Both the position numbers and the translations under genes were made by a program. 64,000 nt of DNA from Elusimicrobiota bacterium. Its GTDB lineage: Bacteria > Elusimicrobiota > Elusimicrobia > UBA1565 > UBA9628. Location of the stretch: assembly GCA_027371715.1 (NCBI GenBank), contig DAHXMM010000021.1, forward strand, positions 18,923 through 82,922. The letters are read 5' to 3'. Positions within the stretch are counted from its first letter, which is position 1. Every line of letters begins with the position of its first letter. This document shows, in pieces, positions 54,472 through 62,322 of this stretch. Under the pieces are notes generated by a model. The model searched no databases and was not told where the DNA came from. It was given only the letters and a program-made list of their open reading frames with translations.

Positions 54472-54486
54472 GTAGAATAGAGTCGC

Positions 54487-54570
54487 GCGCGGGTGGCGGA
54501 ACTGGCAGACGCGCACGGCTCAGGACCGTGTGGCCGCAAGGCCTTGAGGGTTCAAATCCCTCCTCGCGCA
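54487..54570 (+). tRNA. tRNA-Leu (anticodon CAG)
   Basis: Acceptor GCGCGGG/CTCGCGC (one G-U pair), anticodon arm CACGG-CTCAGGA-CCGTG, long variable arm (GGCCGCAAGGCC), T-arm GAGGG-TTCAAAT-CCCTC, discriminator A. Confidence 0.85.
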
Positions 54571-54676
54571 AGTTTCAGGAAAGGATTTGAAGCCGACAGA
54601 CGCAAGCCAATGATTTGGCTTGCTGATGCGGCCGGTCGCGGCGGAGATTTAAGCACAGCGGAAATCGGGGGAGCGA

Positions 54677-54697
54677 AAATCCCTCCTCGCGCAAGTT
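54677..54697 (+). repeat. 21-bp direct repeat of the tRNA-Leu 3' end (aaatccctcctcgcgcaagtt), possible att-site remnant
   Basis: Exact copy of 54554-54574, located 102 bp downstream. The intervening segment carries an 8-bp perfect hairpin (gcaagcca-atgatt-tggcttgc, 54606-54627). Confidence 0.5.
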
Positions 54698-54949
54698 CTG
54701 AAAGATGGGGACTGATATGAATGAGCCTGTCAACCCCGCGCGACTTTTTGGTCCATCCCTGGAGAGTTCTAAACCTGGAAGCAAAGCGGTTATCGACGGT
54801 GAATCAAACTGATATTCGCGGATCACTCGCCATAAGGCGAGCCTCGCATGATTGTGATTCGTCAGAGGCTTCCTCGATCTGTCGTCGTGCATCATGGATT
54901 TTCGCCCACTACACATAGTCCCCTCGAGGGTTCCCCGTTCCGTTGCCTT

Positions 54950-56200
54950 GCTTCCAAGTCTATAACTCTCCAAAGATCGTCGTTTTTTTAAACCGATGTT
55001 TTGGCGGCTTCTTGGCCAATGGCCCAGACAAAGCCTCCCAACTCCCGCGCAACCGCGATCACAGCCTTCTGAACTAATTTGCCTTTATGAGTCAGCCGCG
55101 CGAATTTCCGGCACAACCTATCTTGCGCCGCTCGCGCTATCGCCACGACCCTTTCCGGACACCCCTTCCGCCGTTCCGCCAACTCGCGACTCACCGTTCC
55201 GCCGTGTCGATAACTCCATGCCGCTTCCCCTAAAATACGGCGGATATGCGCGTTCCCCGTCTTGGTAATGCTGCCGCGCTTGACCACCGATCCGCTACTG
55301 AATTCCGAACAAACCAAGCCGCTGTAGCTCATGAATTCCCGCGCCTTATTAAACCGCCGGAAATCTTGAGCCTCAACCGCCAGCGTAACCGCGCTCAGCG
55401 TATCAATTCCCTTCAAACATCTCAAATACTTCACCACATCCGCATGCTCTTTCTCTTGCGCCATATCCGCCACTTGCCGATCCAAACACTCCAGACGCGC
55501 TTGCGTTTCCTCGCAGGCTCGAAAATTCGCCTCGAAGGTTTGCTGAAGATGCGGCCTTTCGAAACGCAGACTCCTCAGCCACGCAAGATGTTCCCCGCGC
55601 CACGATGTTCGCCCTTCATAAATCCTCCCTTGCCGAAGCAGAAATTTCAATATCCTATTGCGAACCCTCAACCGGTCTTCCATGACGTCTTCCCTCGCTC
55701 GAATGAGATCCCGCGCCGCTTCCTCCTCTTCATCAGGAACCCGAACCTCCGTCAACTCTCCGGCCCGGTACAACCGCGCCAAATTCTCCGCATCTCGACG
55801 GTCAGTCTTCACTCGATCCCCGGGACGCTTCGGAATTAATGAGGGAGCGATCACCACGCATTCGCGCTTCATCCCGCTTATTTGCCGGTAAACGTCATAC
55901 CCACAGGGACCTGCCTCATAGACAAATACTCCCCCGGACAAACGCCGAACCAATTTCCTCACGGACTCGGGGCGGTTTTCCATCCGCGCTATTTCTCCCG
56001 GCTTTTCCGACCCCCGCCTTAACACCGCCGCGACAATCGTTTCCTTATGCACGTCCATTCCTACTATTGTGTTACAATCTTTCATGAGCCGACGCCTCCT
56101 TGTTATTTGCGGATAGGTTCCCTTTCAGGGAATAACCCGCGTATTCTAATAACTTTGCGAGGTTGTCGGCTCATTCATTCTATCTGTCCCTATCTCTGCT
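54950..56200 (-). mobile_element. IS110-family insertion sequence (ends approximate)
   Basis: Single transposase ORF. An imperfect inverted repeat ATGAGCCGAC..CTC at 56084-56098 and 56160-56175 spans the transposase start. IS110 elements lack classical terminal IRs, so boundaries cannot be fixed from sequence alone. Confidence 0.5.
54988..56085 (-). CDS. IS110-family transposase
   Basis: N-terminal DEDD-type RuvC-like domain (IVGMDVHKETIVAAV...) and C-terminal IS116/IS110/IS902-type domain (YSGLVCSEFSSGSVVKRGSITKTGNAHIRR). Confidence 0.85.
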   Translation of the reverse strand: MKDCNTIVGMDVHKETIVAAVLRRGSEKPGEIARMENRPESVRKLVRRLSGGVFVYEAGPCGYDVYRQISGMKRECVVIAPSLIPKRPGDRVKTDRRDAENLARLYRAGELTEVRVPDEEEEAARDLIRAREDVMEDRLRVRNRILKFLLRQGRIYEGRTSWRGEHLAWLRSLRFERPHLQQTFEANFRACEETQARLECLDRQVADMAQEKEHADVVKYLRCLKGIDTLSAVTLAVEAQDFRRFNKAREFMSYSGLVCSEFSSGSVVKRGSITKTGNAHIRRILGEAAWSYRHGGTVSRELAERRKGCPERVVAIARAAQDRLCRKFARLTHKGKLVQKAVIAVARELGGFVWAIGQEAAKTSV

Positions 56201-56238
56201 TAAGAAAGTAAAAATTCGGTAAAAAAAAGCCCTTGTCC

Positions 56239-56267
56239 TTGACAAAGGACATCCGTGGACTTACACT
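56239..56267 (+). promoter_or_regulatory. near-consensus sigma70 promoter (TTGACA-17 nt-TACACT) with upstream A-tract
   Basis: TTGACA at 56239-56244, 17-nt spacer, TACACT at 56262-56267, A8 tract at 56221-56228, GGAGG RBS at 56276-56280, ATG at 56285. Confidence 0.55.
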
Positions 56268-56284
56268 ATTGACCGGAGGTTCTT

Positions 56285-56515
56285 ATGACCAAACGAATTT
56301 TTTATGCGGCGGTGACTCTAGTATTGGGAACGGTCCTAGCCGGAGTTTTTGGTTGCGGGAGCGGTGGAATGGGCGGCGGAGTCATGGGAGCCAGTTCCGG
56401 CGGAGGCCAATCCGCCGGATGCGGATATCCTCAAACCAATTGCCCGCAGGGTTACGTCCCCGCCCCGGGGCAAGGCGGACAATGCATGCCTCAATCCATG
56501 GTTCCGGGCGGTTAA
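56285..56515 (+). CDS. small secreted Gly/Cys-rich peptide, probable lipoprotein (76 aa)
   Basis: Signal peptide with an LAGVFGC lipobox-like motif. The mature part is about 45% Gly with four further Cys. Strong promoter and RBS. Confidence 0.5.
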   Translation: MTKRIFYAAVTLVLGTVLAGVFGCGSGGMGGGVMGASSGGGQSAGCGYPQTNCPQGYVPAPGQGGQCMPQSMVPGG

Positions 56516-58047
56516 ATCGATTTTCGGACTAAGTTCTGATAAACGGCTTTACCATCTGGAAACTTCAAATCGTTTCCAGGCGCTTGAGAAAGAATTTCCA
56601 GAAATTCAGGGTCAAAATCCTCATTTGAAATTTCCTGGGCGAGTTCTATGGCTCGACGAGCGTATTTAAGGTTTTGCGTCGCCTCGATCCCCGCGATGTC
56701 GGAAAAAAACCATCCGCAACTGGTAAACATATACAGGGCGAATTTCTGCATTTCCATGAGTTGCCTGGCTTTCTTGACATCAGACGGCGAATTCTTCAAT
56801 AAATGTCGTTCGATAAAGGCAGGCGGCAAATCAACGACGCCGCGACTGACGACTTCTCCGTAATCATCCCGCGCCGCCCAAACATTCTTAAATAATTTAT
56901 CTCCCGCTCTTTCGCTTAAGCCGTCCAGCCGTGATTTCAAAACGTTAAGGGCTTGCCTTAAAGGAGTTCGCCATTTCTGGCTTTTTCCCTCCGAGCCGCA
57001 CCCGCAATCGAGAAACCATCTTCCGACGCCATGAGAACAGCTCCAAGAGGTTCCCAGCCCTTGGGGGCCAGCCTTAATTTCAACTTCCCATTCCGGCTGA
57101 TGCCGCGATAAGAAATAACCGTAGTTCACCACTTCGATTTTTCGACGAGGAAGTTCTTGATCTACCAAATACGCAAGGCCCATTTCTGCAAATTTATGAT
57201 GATGGCCGTAGAGTTCTCCATCAGTCGCGATAGAGACAAGACCATCTTTTTTAAAATCGCCAAAAGCCCCAACGATTCGGTCCGCGCAGACCTTGGCATC
57301 GGACATCAATTTTTCAAAGGAAACGGCCGCGGAAATAGGCCCGTCGTAAAAAATGAGATCAATAAAACGCTTCCTTTCTCTTGAAGGCTCAAACCAGCGG
57401 TAGGGTTGTTTCGGATCAATGGAAGCATCGGAAACATCTTTCCAGGGAGATAAAGGCCTTATTTTCCGCACACGCTCGGCTTGGCTGGGAGCCAAAATGG
57501 CATATTTCATCCCAAAATCAATCAAGAGTTTGAGAGTTTGATCATCGCAAGCGGTTTCCGGAAGCCATAAAGCCTCCGGCATACGATTAAAACGCCGCTT
57601 AAAATCAACAATTCCCCAATGGATGACTGTTTTTTGATCCCGCGGGTCGGCCAAAGGCAAAATCAAGTGAACAAAGGCCTGCGCAATGGCGTTTCCGTGT
57701 CCTTCAAGCCGAAGAGAACTCTCTCGGTCTGCCGCGATAATTTTTTCATACGCCTTGGGGTTTGATTTTTCCAGCCACATCATCAAGGTGGGGCCGAAAT
57801 TAAAGCTGATCCAAAAATAATTATTGACCCGCTTGATTACCTTTCCATCAGAACCCATGATCCGCGCTTCCGTGTTAGGCGCATAACATTCCGCCGCGAT
57901 TCTCTCATTCCAATCATGGAAATCGCCGGCAGATTCCTGGCGTTCGATGAGGCCGGTCCAGGGGTTTTCCCTGGGAGGCTGATAGAAATGCCCGTGGATA
58001 CAAACTTGTCTACGAAGATTCGGGCTAAGAAAAAAATTACGCGGCAA
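56512..58047 (-). CDS. glycoside hydrolase family 57 protein (alpha-glucan branching/4-alpha-glucanotransferase type)
   Basis: HGHFYQPPRE signature block of GH57 at the N-terminus. Confidence 0.75.
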   Translation of the reverse strand: MPRNFFLSPNLRRQVCIHGHFYQPPRENPWTGLIERQESAGDFHDWNERIAAECYAPNTEARIMGSDGKVIKRVNNYFWISFNFGPTLMMWLEKSNPKAYEKIIAADRESSLRLEGHGNAIAQAFVHLILPLADPRDQKTVIHWGIVDFKRRFNRMPEALWLPETACDDQTLKLLIDFGMKYAILAPSQAERVRKIRPLSPWKDVSDASIDPKQPYRWFEPSRERKRFIDLIFYDGPISAAVSFEKLMSDAKVCADRIVGAFGDFKKDGLVSIATDGELYGHHHKFAEMGLAYLVDQELPRRKIEVVNYGYFLSRHQPEWEVEIKAGPQGLGTSWSCSHGVGRWFLDCGCGSEGKSQKWRTPLRQALNVLKSRLDGLSERAGDKLFKNVWAARDDYGEVVSRGVVDLPPAFIERHLLKNSPSDVKKARQLMEMQKFALYMFTSCGWFFSDIAGIEATQNLKYARRAIELAQEISNEDFDPEFLEILSQAPGNDLKFPDGKAVYQNLVRKSI

Positions 58048-58840
58048 CTTCCTCTTCCTGCTGAACGCCTTTAGGAGCCGGACGAATTACTCCCCGTTTG
58101 GAAGAACGAATGAAAGAAATCATTTCGCGAACTTCAGCGCAGCGGATGGACTCAGCACAGGACAAGGCTTCTTCCAAAGGCAAACCCGTCATAAAAAGAA
58201 CGCGATAGGCCTCTTTGATGAGTTTAACCGACGCCGGAGAAACCCCCGCGCGGCGAAGCCCCAAAAGATTAAGGCCTTTAAGCGTCGCGCGGTCGCCCTG
58301 AACCATGCAAAAAGGAGGAACGTCTTTCGGAATCATGGCGCCCCCCCCGATCATGCACAAGCGACCGATTCTGGTGTGTTGATGCGCGGCCGCGAGTCCG
58401 CCGACGACGGTAAAATCTCCCACCTCAATGTGTCCCGCCATCGCGACCGAGTTCGCGAAAATCACATGATTTCCAATCATGCAATCGTGCGCCACATGGG
58501 AATAGGCCATAAAAAGGCAATTGGACCCAATCACGGTTTTTCCGGTCGCATGAGTTCCGCGGTTTAAGGTCACGCATTCCCTAACCGTATTAGAATCTCC
58601 CATGATGAGGAGAGTCTCCTCTCCGGAAAATTTAAGGTCCTGCGGCGCCCCACCGACATAGGCCCCAGGGAAAATACGGTTATTTTTCCCCATCTGAGTT
58701 CTTTCTATCACAGAGTGAGCCCCAATCACGCAATCCGCCCCAATGGTGGTGTGCGGGCCAATCACGGCATAAGGGCCGATTTCAACGCTGGAATCTATTT
58801 TCGCGTTAGGATCTATAATGGCGGTTGAATGAATGGGCAT
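58037..58840 (-). CDS. lpxA: acyl-ACP--UDP-N-acetylglucosamine O-acyltransferase
   Basis: Left-handed beta-helix hexapeptide repeats plus the LpxA C-terminal helical domain. Lies in an lpx cluster. Confidence 0.85.
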   Translation of the reverse strand: MPIHSTAIIDPNAKIDSSVEIGPYAVIGPHTTIGADCVIGAHSVIERTQMGKNNRIFPGAYVGGAPQDLKFSGEETLLIMGDSNTVRECVTLNRGTHATGKTVIGSNCLFMAYSHVAHDCMIGNHVIFANSVAMAGHIEVGDFTVVGGLAAAHQHTRIGRLCMIGGGAMIPKDVPPFCMVQGDRATLKGLNLLGLRRAGVSPASVKLIKEAYRVLFMTGLPLEEALSCAESIRCAEVREMISFIRSSKRGVIRPAPKGVQQEEEVAA

Positions 58841-59311
58841 TTAAGCAACCTCTTTATCGACGACGGCAAAAGTCATGACGCCTTCGGCGGCGATTTTATC
58901 TCCGATTTTAGCCTCGCCTTTAAATTTCCCGGCCCGGCCGAGTCTTAAAACCTCGACATGAAGCTTAAGCTCGCTTCCCGGGAAAACCGGGTTTCTAAAT
59001 TTCGCCTCTTCAATGCCCATAAAATAAGCGATCTTGTTTTCATAACCGCCCTTGGACAAAAGCATGACGCAAGCGGCTTGGGCCAGGGCTTCCATGATCA
59101 AAACCCCAGGCATAATTGGGTGCTCAGGGAAATGCCCTTGAAAGAATGGTTCATTAATCGTCACCATCTTGGTTCCGACCGCGCGTTTATCCTCTTCGAG
59201 AATCTCGACTTTATCCACCAAGAGAAAAGGATAGCGATGAGGAATCGCCTTTCTGATTCCTTTAATATCCACGACCCGAACCGGGGTCTGGATAGAAACT
59301 GTATTTTCCAT
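58841..59311 (-). CDS. fabZ: 3-hydroxyacyl-ACP dehydratase
   Basis: HRYPFLLVDKV...FFQGHFPEHPIMPGVLIMEALAQ hot-dog fold motif. Internal ATG chosen; it overlaps the lpxC stop by 1 nt. Confidence 0.85.
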   Translation of the reverse strand: MENTVSIQTPVRVVDIKGIRKAIPHRYPFLLVDKVEILEEDKRAVGTKMVTINEPFFQGHFPEHPIMPGVLIMEALAQAACVMLLSKGGYENKIAYFMGIEEAKFRNPVFPGSELKLHVEVLRLGRAGKFKGEAKIGDKIAAEGVMTFAVVDKEVA

Positions 59312-60189
59312 TACCGCGCCTCCAGGGATTTTTTGCCTCTCATCTTGGCCGCCGCGTCTCGCAAGAGTTTTGCAAAGTGGACGTTGTGGGCATGCCCCAA
59401 GCATTCGGCCTCAACCCGCATCTTAAAAAGCGGACGGCCAATAAGGGTTAAATCCCCTATTAAGTCTAGCATTTTGTGACGAACGAACTCATCCGGGAAG
59501 CGAAGCCCCCCCTCATTTGTGTGATAGCGATCTTTTCCAATCACAATTGCATTATCTAAAGATCCCCCCTGGGCTAAGCCTTGGGATTTTAAAAACTCAA
59601 CTTCATGTTCAAAACAGAAAGTACGAGCGGGGGCGATTTCCCTAAGATAGGTTTCGCGGTCCATGGTCAAGGTCAAGCTCATCTCCGGCATCAGGGGATG
59701 CTCGTGAATCAAGGTCGCCTTAATCTCAAAATTATCAGCAGGGAAAGCCCGATATTTTGCCTTCCCATCTTGATAATGAACTTCCCCCGGCAAATGAAGC
59801 CAACGTTTGGGCGAATCAGGGTAGCGCTCAATTCCGGCCGTTAAAATCGCTTTGACAAAAGGCAGAGCCGACCCGTCCATGATTGGGGGCTCGGGCGCGG
59901 AAACCAAGACATCTATATTATCAATCCCAACTCCCGTGCAAGCCGATAAAACGTGTTCGACGGTGTGAATTTTGGCGTCCCCCAATCCTAAATTGGTTCC
60001 GCGCACGGTGGTCACGACAAAATCCGTCCTAGCCGGAACCATGGGATGGCCGGGCAAATCCACCCTAAAAAACCGAATCCCGGTGTTGGCCGGGGAAGGG
60101 CGAAAAGTGAGCTTTGACGGATGTCCGGTATGAAGGCCGATGCCTTCAAGGCTGATTTCTTTTTTAATCGTCGCCTGCATTGTTTCCAT
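59311..60189 (-). CDS. lpxC: UDP-3-O-acyl-N-acetylglucosamine deacetylase
   Basis: N-terminal ISLEGIGLHTGHPSKLTFRPSPANTGIRF block and the HKxLDLIGDL motif. Confidence 0.85.
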   Translation of the reverse strand: METMQATIKKEISLEGIGLHTGHPSKLTFRPSPANTGIRFFRVDLPGHPMVPARTDFVVTTVRGTNLGLGDAKIHTVEHVLSACTGVGIDNIDVLVSAPEPPIMDGSALPFVKAILTAGIERYPDSPKRWLHLPGEVHYQDGKAKYRAFPADNFEIKATLIHEHPLMPEMSLTLTMDRETYLREIAPARTFCFEHEVEFLKSQGLAQGGSLDNAIVIGKDRYHTNEGGLRFPDEFVRHKMLDLIGDLTLIGRPLFKMRVEAECLGHAHNVHFAKLLRDAAAKMRGKKSLEAR

Positions 60190-61288
60190 GACTGCCTCCG
60201 CTATGAGACAAAGGGCCGCCGCCTTGGGCGTCCGTTGATGAAAAAGAAAAGCGGCGTTCTAGTTTCTTAACCGCGTCAAAAAGTTCGGGAAGCCGCCCAT
60301 ACAAAGCCTGAAGCTTCATCGCTTCTTTTCTAGGCCGGGCCGGAGATCCGAAAAGAATATCTTTTTTTTCGACATCATTTATGACGCCGCTTTGACCCAA
60401 AACTATCGTTCCACTTTCAACATAAATATGCCCATTAACGCCGACCTGCCCCGCTAGAACCACGAAATCTCCCAATTTCCCGGTTCCGGCAATCGCCGCC
60501 TGAGCCGCGATTAAGCATCCTTTTCCGATCTGAACATTATGGGCGATTTGGACCAAATTATCGATTTTAGTTCCGTCTCCAATCATCGTAGACCCAAGCG
60601 TCGCCCGGTCAACGGAAACATTGGAGCCGATTTCAACATCATCGCCAATGACGACATTCCCCAATTGCGGAATCTTTCGGTGCTTCCCTGTTTTCTTATC
60701 CGTTGAAAAACCAAATCCGTCGGATCCAATCACCGTTCCGGAATGGATAATAGCGCGATCCCCAACCACGCAGTTTTCGCGAATCGTCACATTGGGATAG
60801 ATGCGGCAATTTTTCCCGATTCGAGCGCCCGCACCGATAAAGCAATGCGGCCCAATGATTGAATATTCTCCAATCACCGCTTTGCGTTCAATGACGACAA
60901 AGGGAGACACCGAGACCTCGGGTCCTAAACGCGCTTCATAGTGGATGATAGCCCGTTCGTCCACCAGGGCCGGAGGCTTTGGAAACTGCGCTTCAATCTC
61001 AGTCAATAATTGAGAAAAAGCGTATTGCGGGTCTTCGACATAAATCCGACAAGGAGCGGAATATAATTCCTTCTCGGAACCGCGCGATAAAATTAGGCAT
61101 CCCGCGCGAGAATCTTTAGCGACTTTAGCGTATTTGGGGTTTCCCAAAAAAGAAATATCCAAAGGTCCCGCGCCTTCAAGGGAATCAAGTCCCGCAATCA
61201 TCAAGTTTCCGTCCCCCTCCAAGCGCCCTTCGACCAGAAGAGCGATTTCCGAGGTTTTTTTTCCTAAATAAAGAGAATTTGTGCTCAT
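60164..61288 (-). CDS. lpxD: UDP-3-O-acylglucosamine N-acyltransferase
   Basis: N-terminal LpxD domain followed by long hexapeptide-repeat beta-helix. Confidence 0.85.
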   Translation of the reverse strand: MSTNSLYLGKKTSEIALLVEGRLEGDGNLMIAGLDSLEGAGPLDISFLGNPKYAKVAKDSRAGCLILSRGSEKELYSAPCRIYVEDPQYAFSQLLTEIEAQFPKPPALVDERAIIHYEARLGPEVSVSPFVVIERKAVIGEYSIIGPHCFIGAGARIGKNCRIYPNVTIRENCVVGDRAIIHSGTVIGSDGFGFSTDKKTGKHRKIPQLGNVVIGDDVEIGSNVSVDRATLGSTMIGDGTKIDNLVQIAHNVQIGKGCLIAAQAAIAGTGKLGDFVVLAGQVGVNGHIYVESGTIVLGQSGVINDVEKKDILFGSPARPRKEAMKLQALYGRLPELFDAVKKLERRFSFSSTDAQGGGPLSHSGGSHGNNAGDD

Positions 61289-62322
61289 TGAAAACCTCCT
61301 GACGCTTTTAACACCTTCAGTCTTTTCAAAACCTTATCCGTTAAATCAACCGCGTTGTGTCCATAAAGAATTTGGCTTTTATCAACGACGACGCTAACCC
61401 CCGATTCAGTTGCCACCTCCCTGATTACTTTATAAATTTTTCCCAAAAGTCCCTGGGTTTCCCGATTTTCCAAATTGAGCAGGTTTTTTTCTATGGAAGA
61501 CTCGTCCTGCTTCAAAGCCGTTTGATCTCGCGTAATTTCCTGTTTTTCCTTATTAATTTTATCATTGAGTTGAGGCAATGTCATCTTGGAAGGGGAGACA
61601 GGTTCTTGGTGGCTGGAGGCTATCGAGAAAGCCGGGTTTGAGGGCGAGGTTGCGGGAACTTTAACCGGAGCGGAAGAGACCAAAACCTTGGCGGTGGAAG
61701 AAGCAATAGCGGGCGGCGCATGAGAAACAACCGCCGATGATACCGAAACGGCGCCAGGAGTTTTGACCGCGGAACTTCCAGCGGAAACGGCATAGGCGGA
61801 AGAAGTCCCCGAGCTCATGGAAGTCGGCCCAAAACCCGGCAACGCTGAAATTAAGTTTTTATCCAGGGGATTTGCGACGTTGGTGTTTGAGCTTGCCGCA
61901 ACCGAAGCGGGAGATGAGCTTGTCGCCTTTGTGGAAATAACAGCGGAAGCGACTGGAGCCGCCGCAACAGGAGAAGATGAAATTGCGGGTGTAAGATGCG
62001 AGGACGCGGATGAAACAGAAACGCTTACGGCCGCAGGCTTAGACTTATTCTCAAGCTCGTATTTCCGCTCCATTCTCAAATCCGAAAGGTCTTGTCTTAG
62101 ATGAAGAATGCCAATTTTTTCAAGATTAATCTTGTCCTCGGCTTTTTGAAGGTCCTTTTTAAATTTTTTCTTAGCAGTAATCGTTTCCGGAAATTTTTCA
62201 AATAGCTTTTCCATGTCCACATATCCGATATTGCCGCGCTCGACACGATTGGACTCCAAAGACAATTCAATGGCGGCATGAAGCCGGGGCGTAAGAAACA
62301 AAAACGCTAGAGGGAATATCAT
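61285..62322 (-). CDS. skp: OmpH/Skp-family periplasmic chaperone with a ~170-aa Ser/Ala/Val-rich insertion
   Basis: Signal peptide. N-terminal (YVDMEKLFEKF...) and C-terminal (...KIYKVIREVATESGVSVVVDKS) Skp/OmpH blocks are separated by a low-complexity S/A/V/P region. Positioned between bamA and lpxD as usual. Confidence 0.6.
   Translation of the reverse strand: MIFPLAFLFLTPRLHAAIELSLESNRVERGNIGYVDMEKLFEKFPETITAKKKFKKDLQKAEDKINLEKIGILHLRQDLSDLRMERKYELENKSKPAAVSVSVSSASSHLTPAISSSPVAAAPVASAVISTKATSSSPASVAASSNTNVANPLDKNLISALPGFGPTSMSSGTSSAYAVSAGSSAVKTPGAVSVSSAVVSHAPPAIASSTAKVLVSSAPVKVPATSPSNPAFSIASSHQEPVSPSKMTLPQLNDKINKEKQEITRDQTALKQDESSIEKNLLNLENRETQGLLGKIYKVIREVATESGVSVVVDKSQILYGHNAVDLTDKVLKRLKVLKASGGFQ

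Noticed and set aside
54493-54720. 75-aa ORF on the plus strand
   Set aside because: It overlaps tRNA-Leu and the duplicated tRNA 3' end. It has no RBS and a low-complexity sequence.
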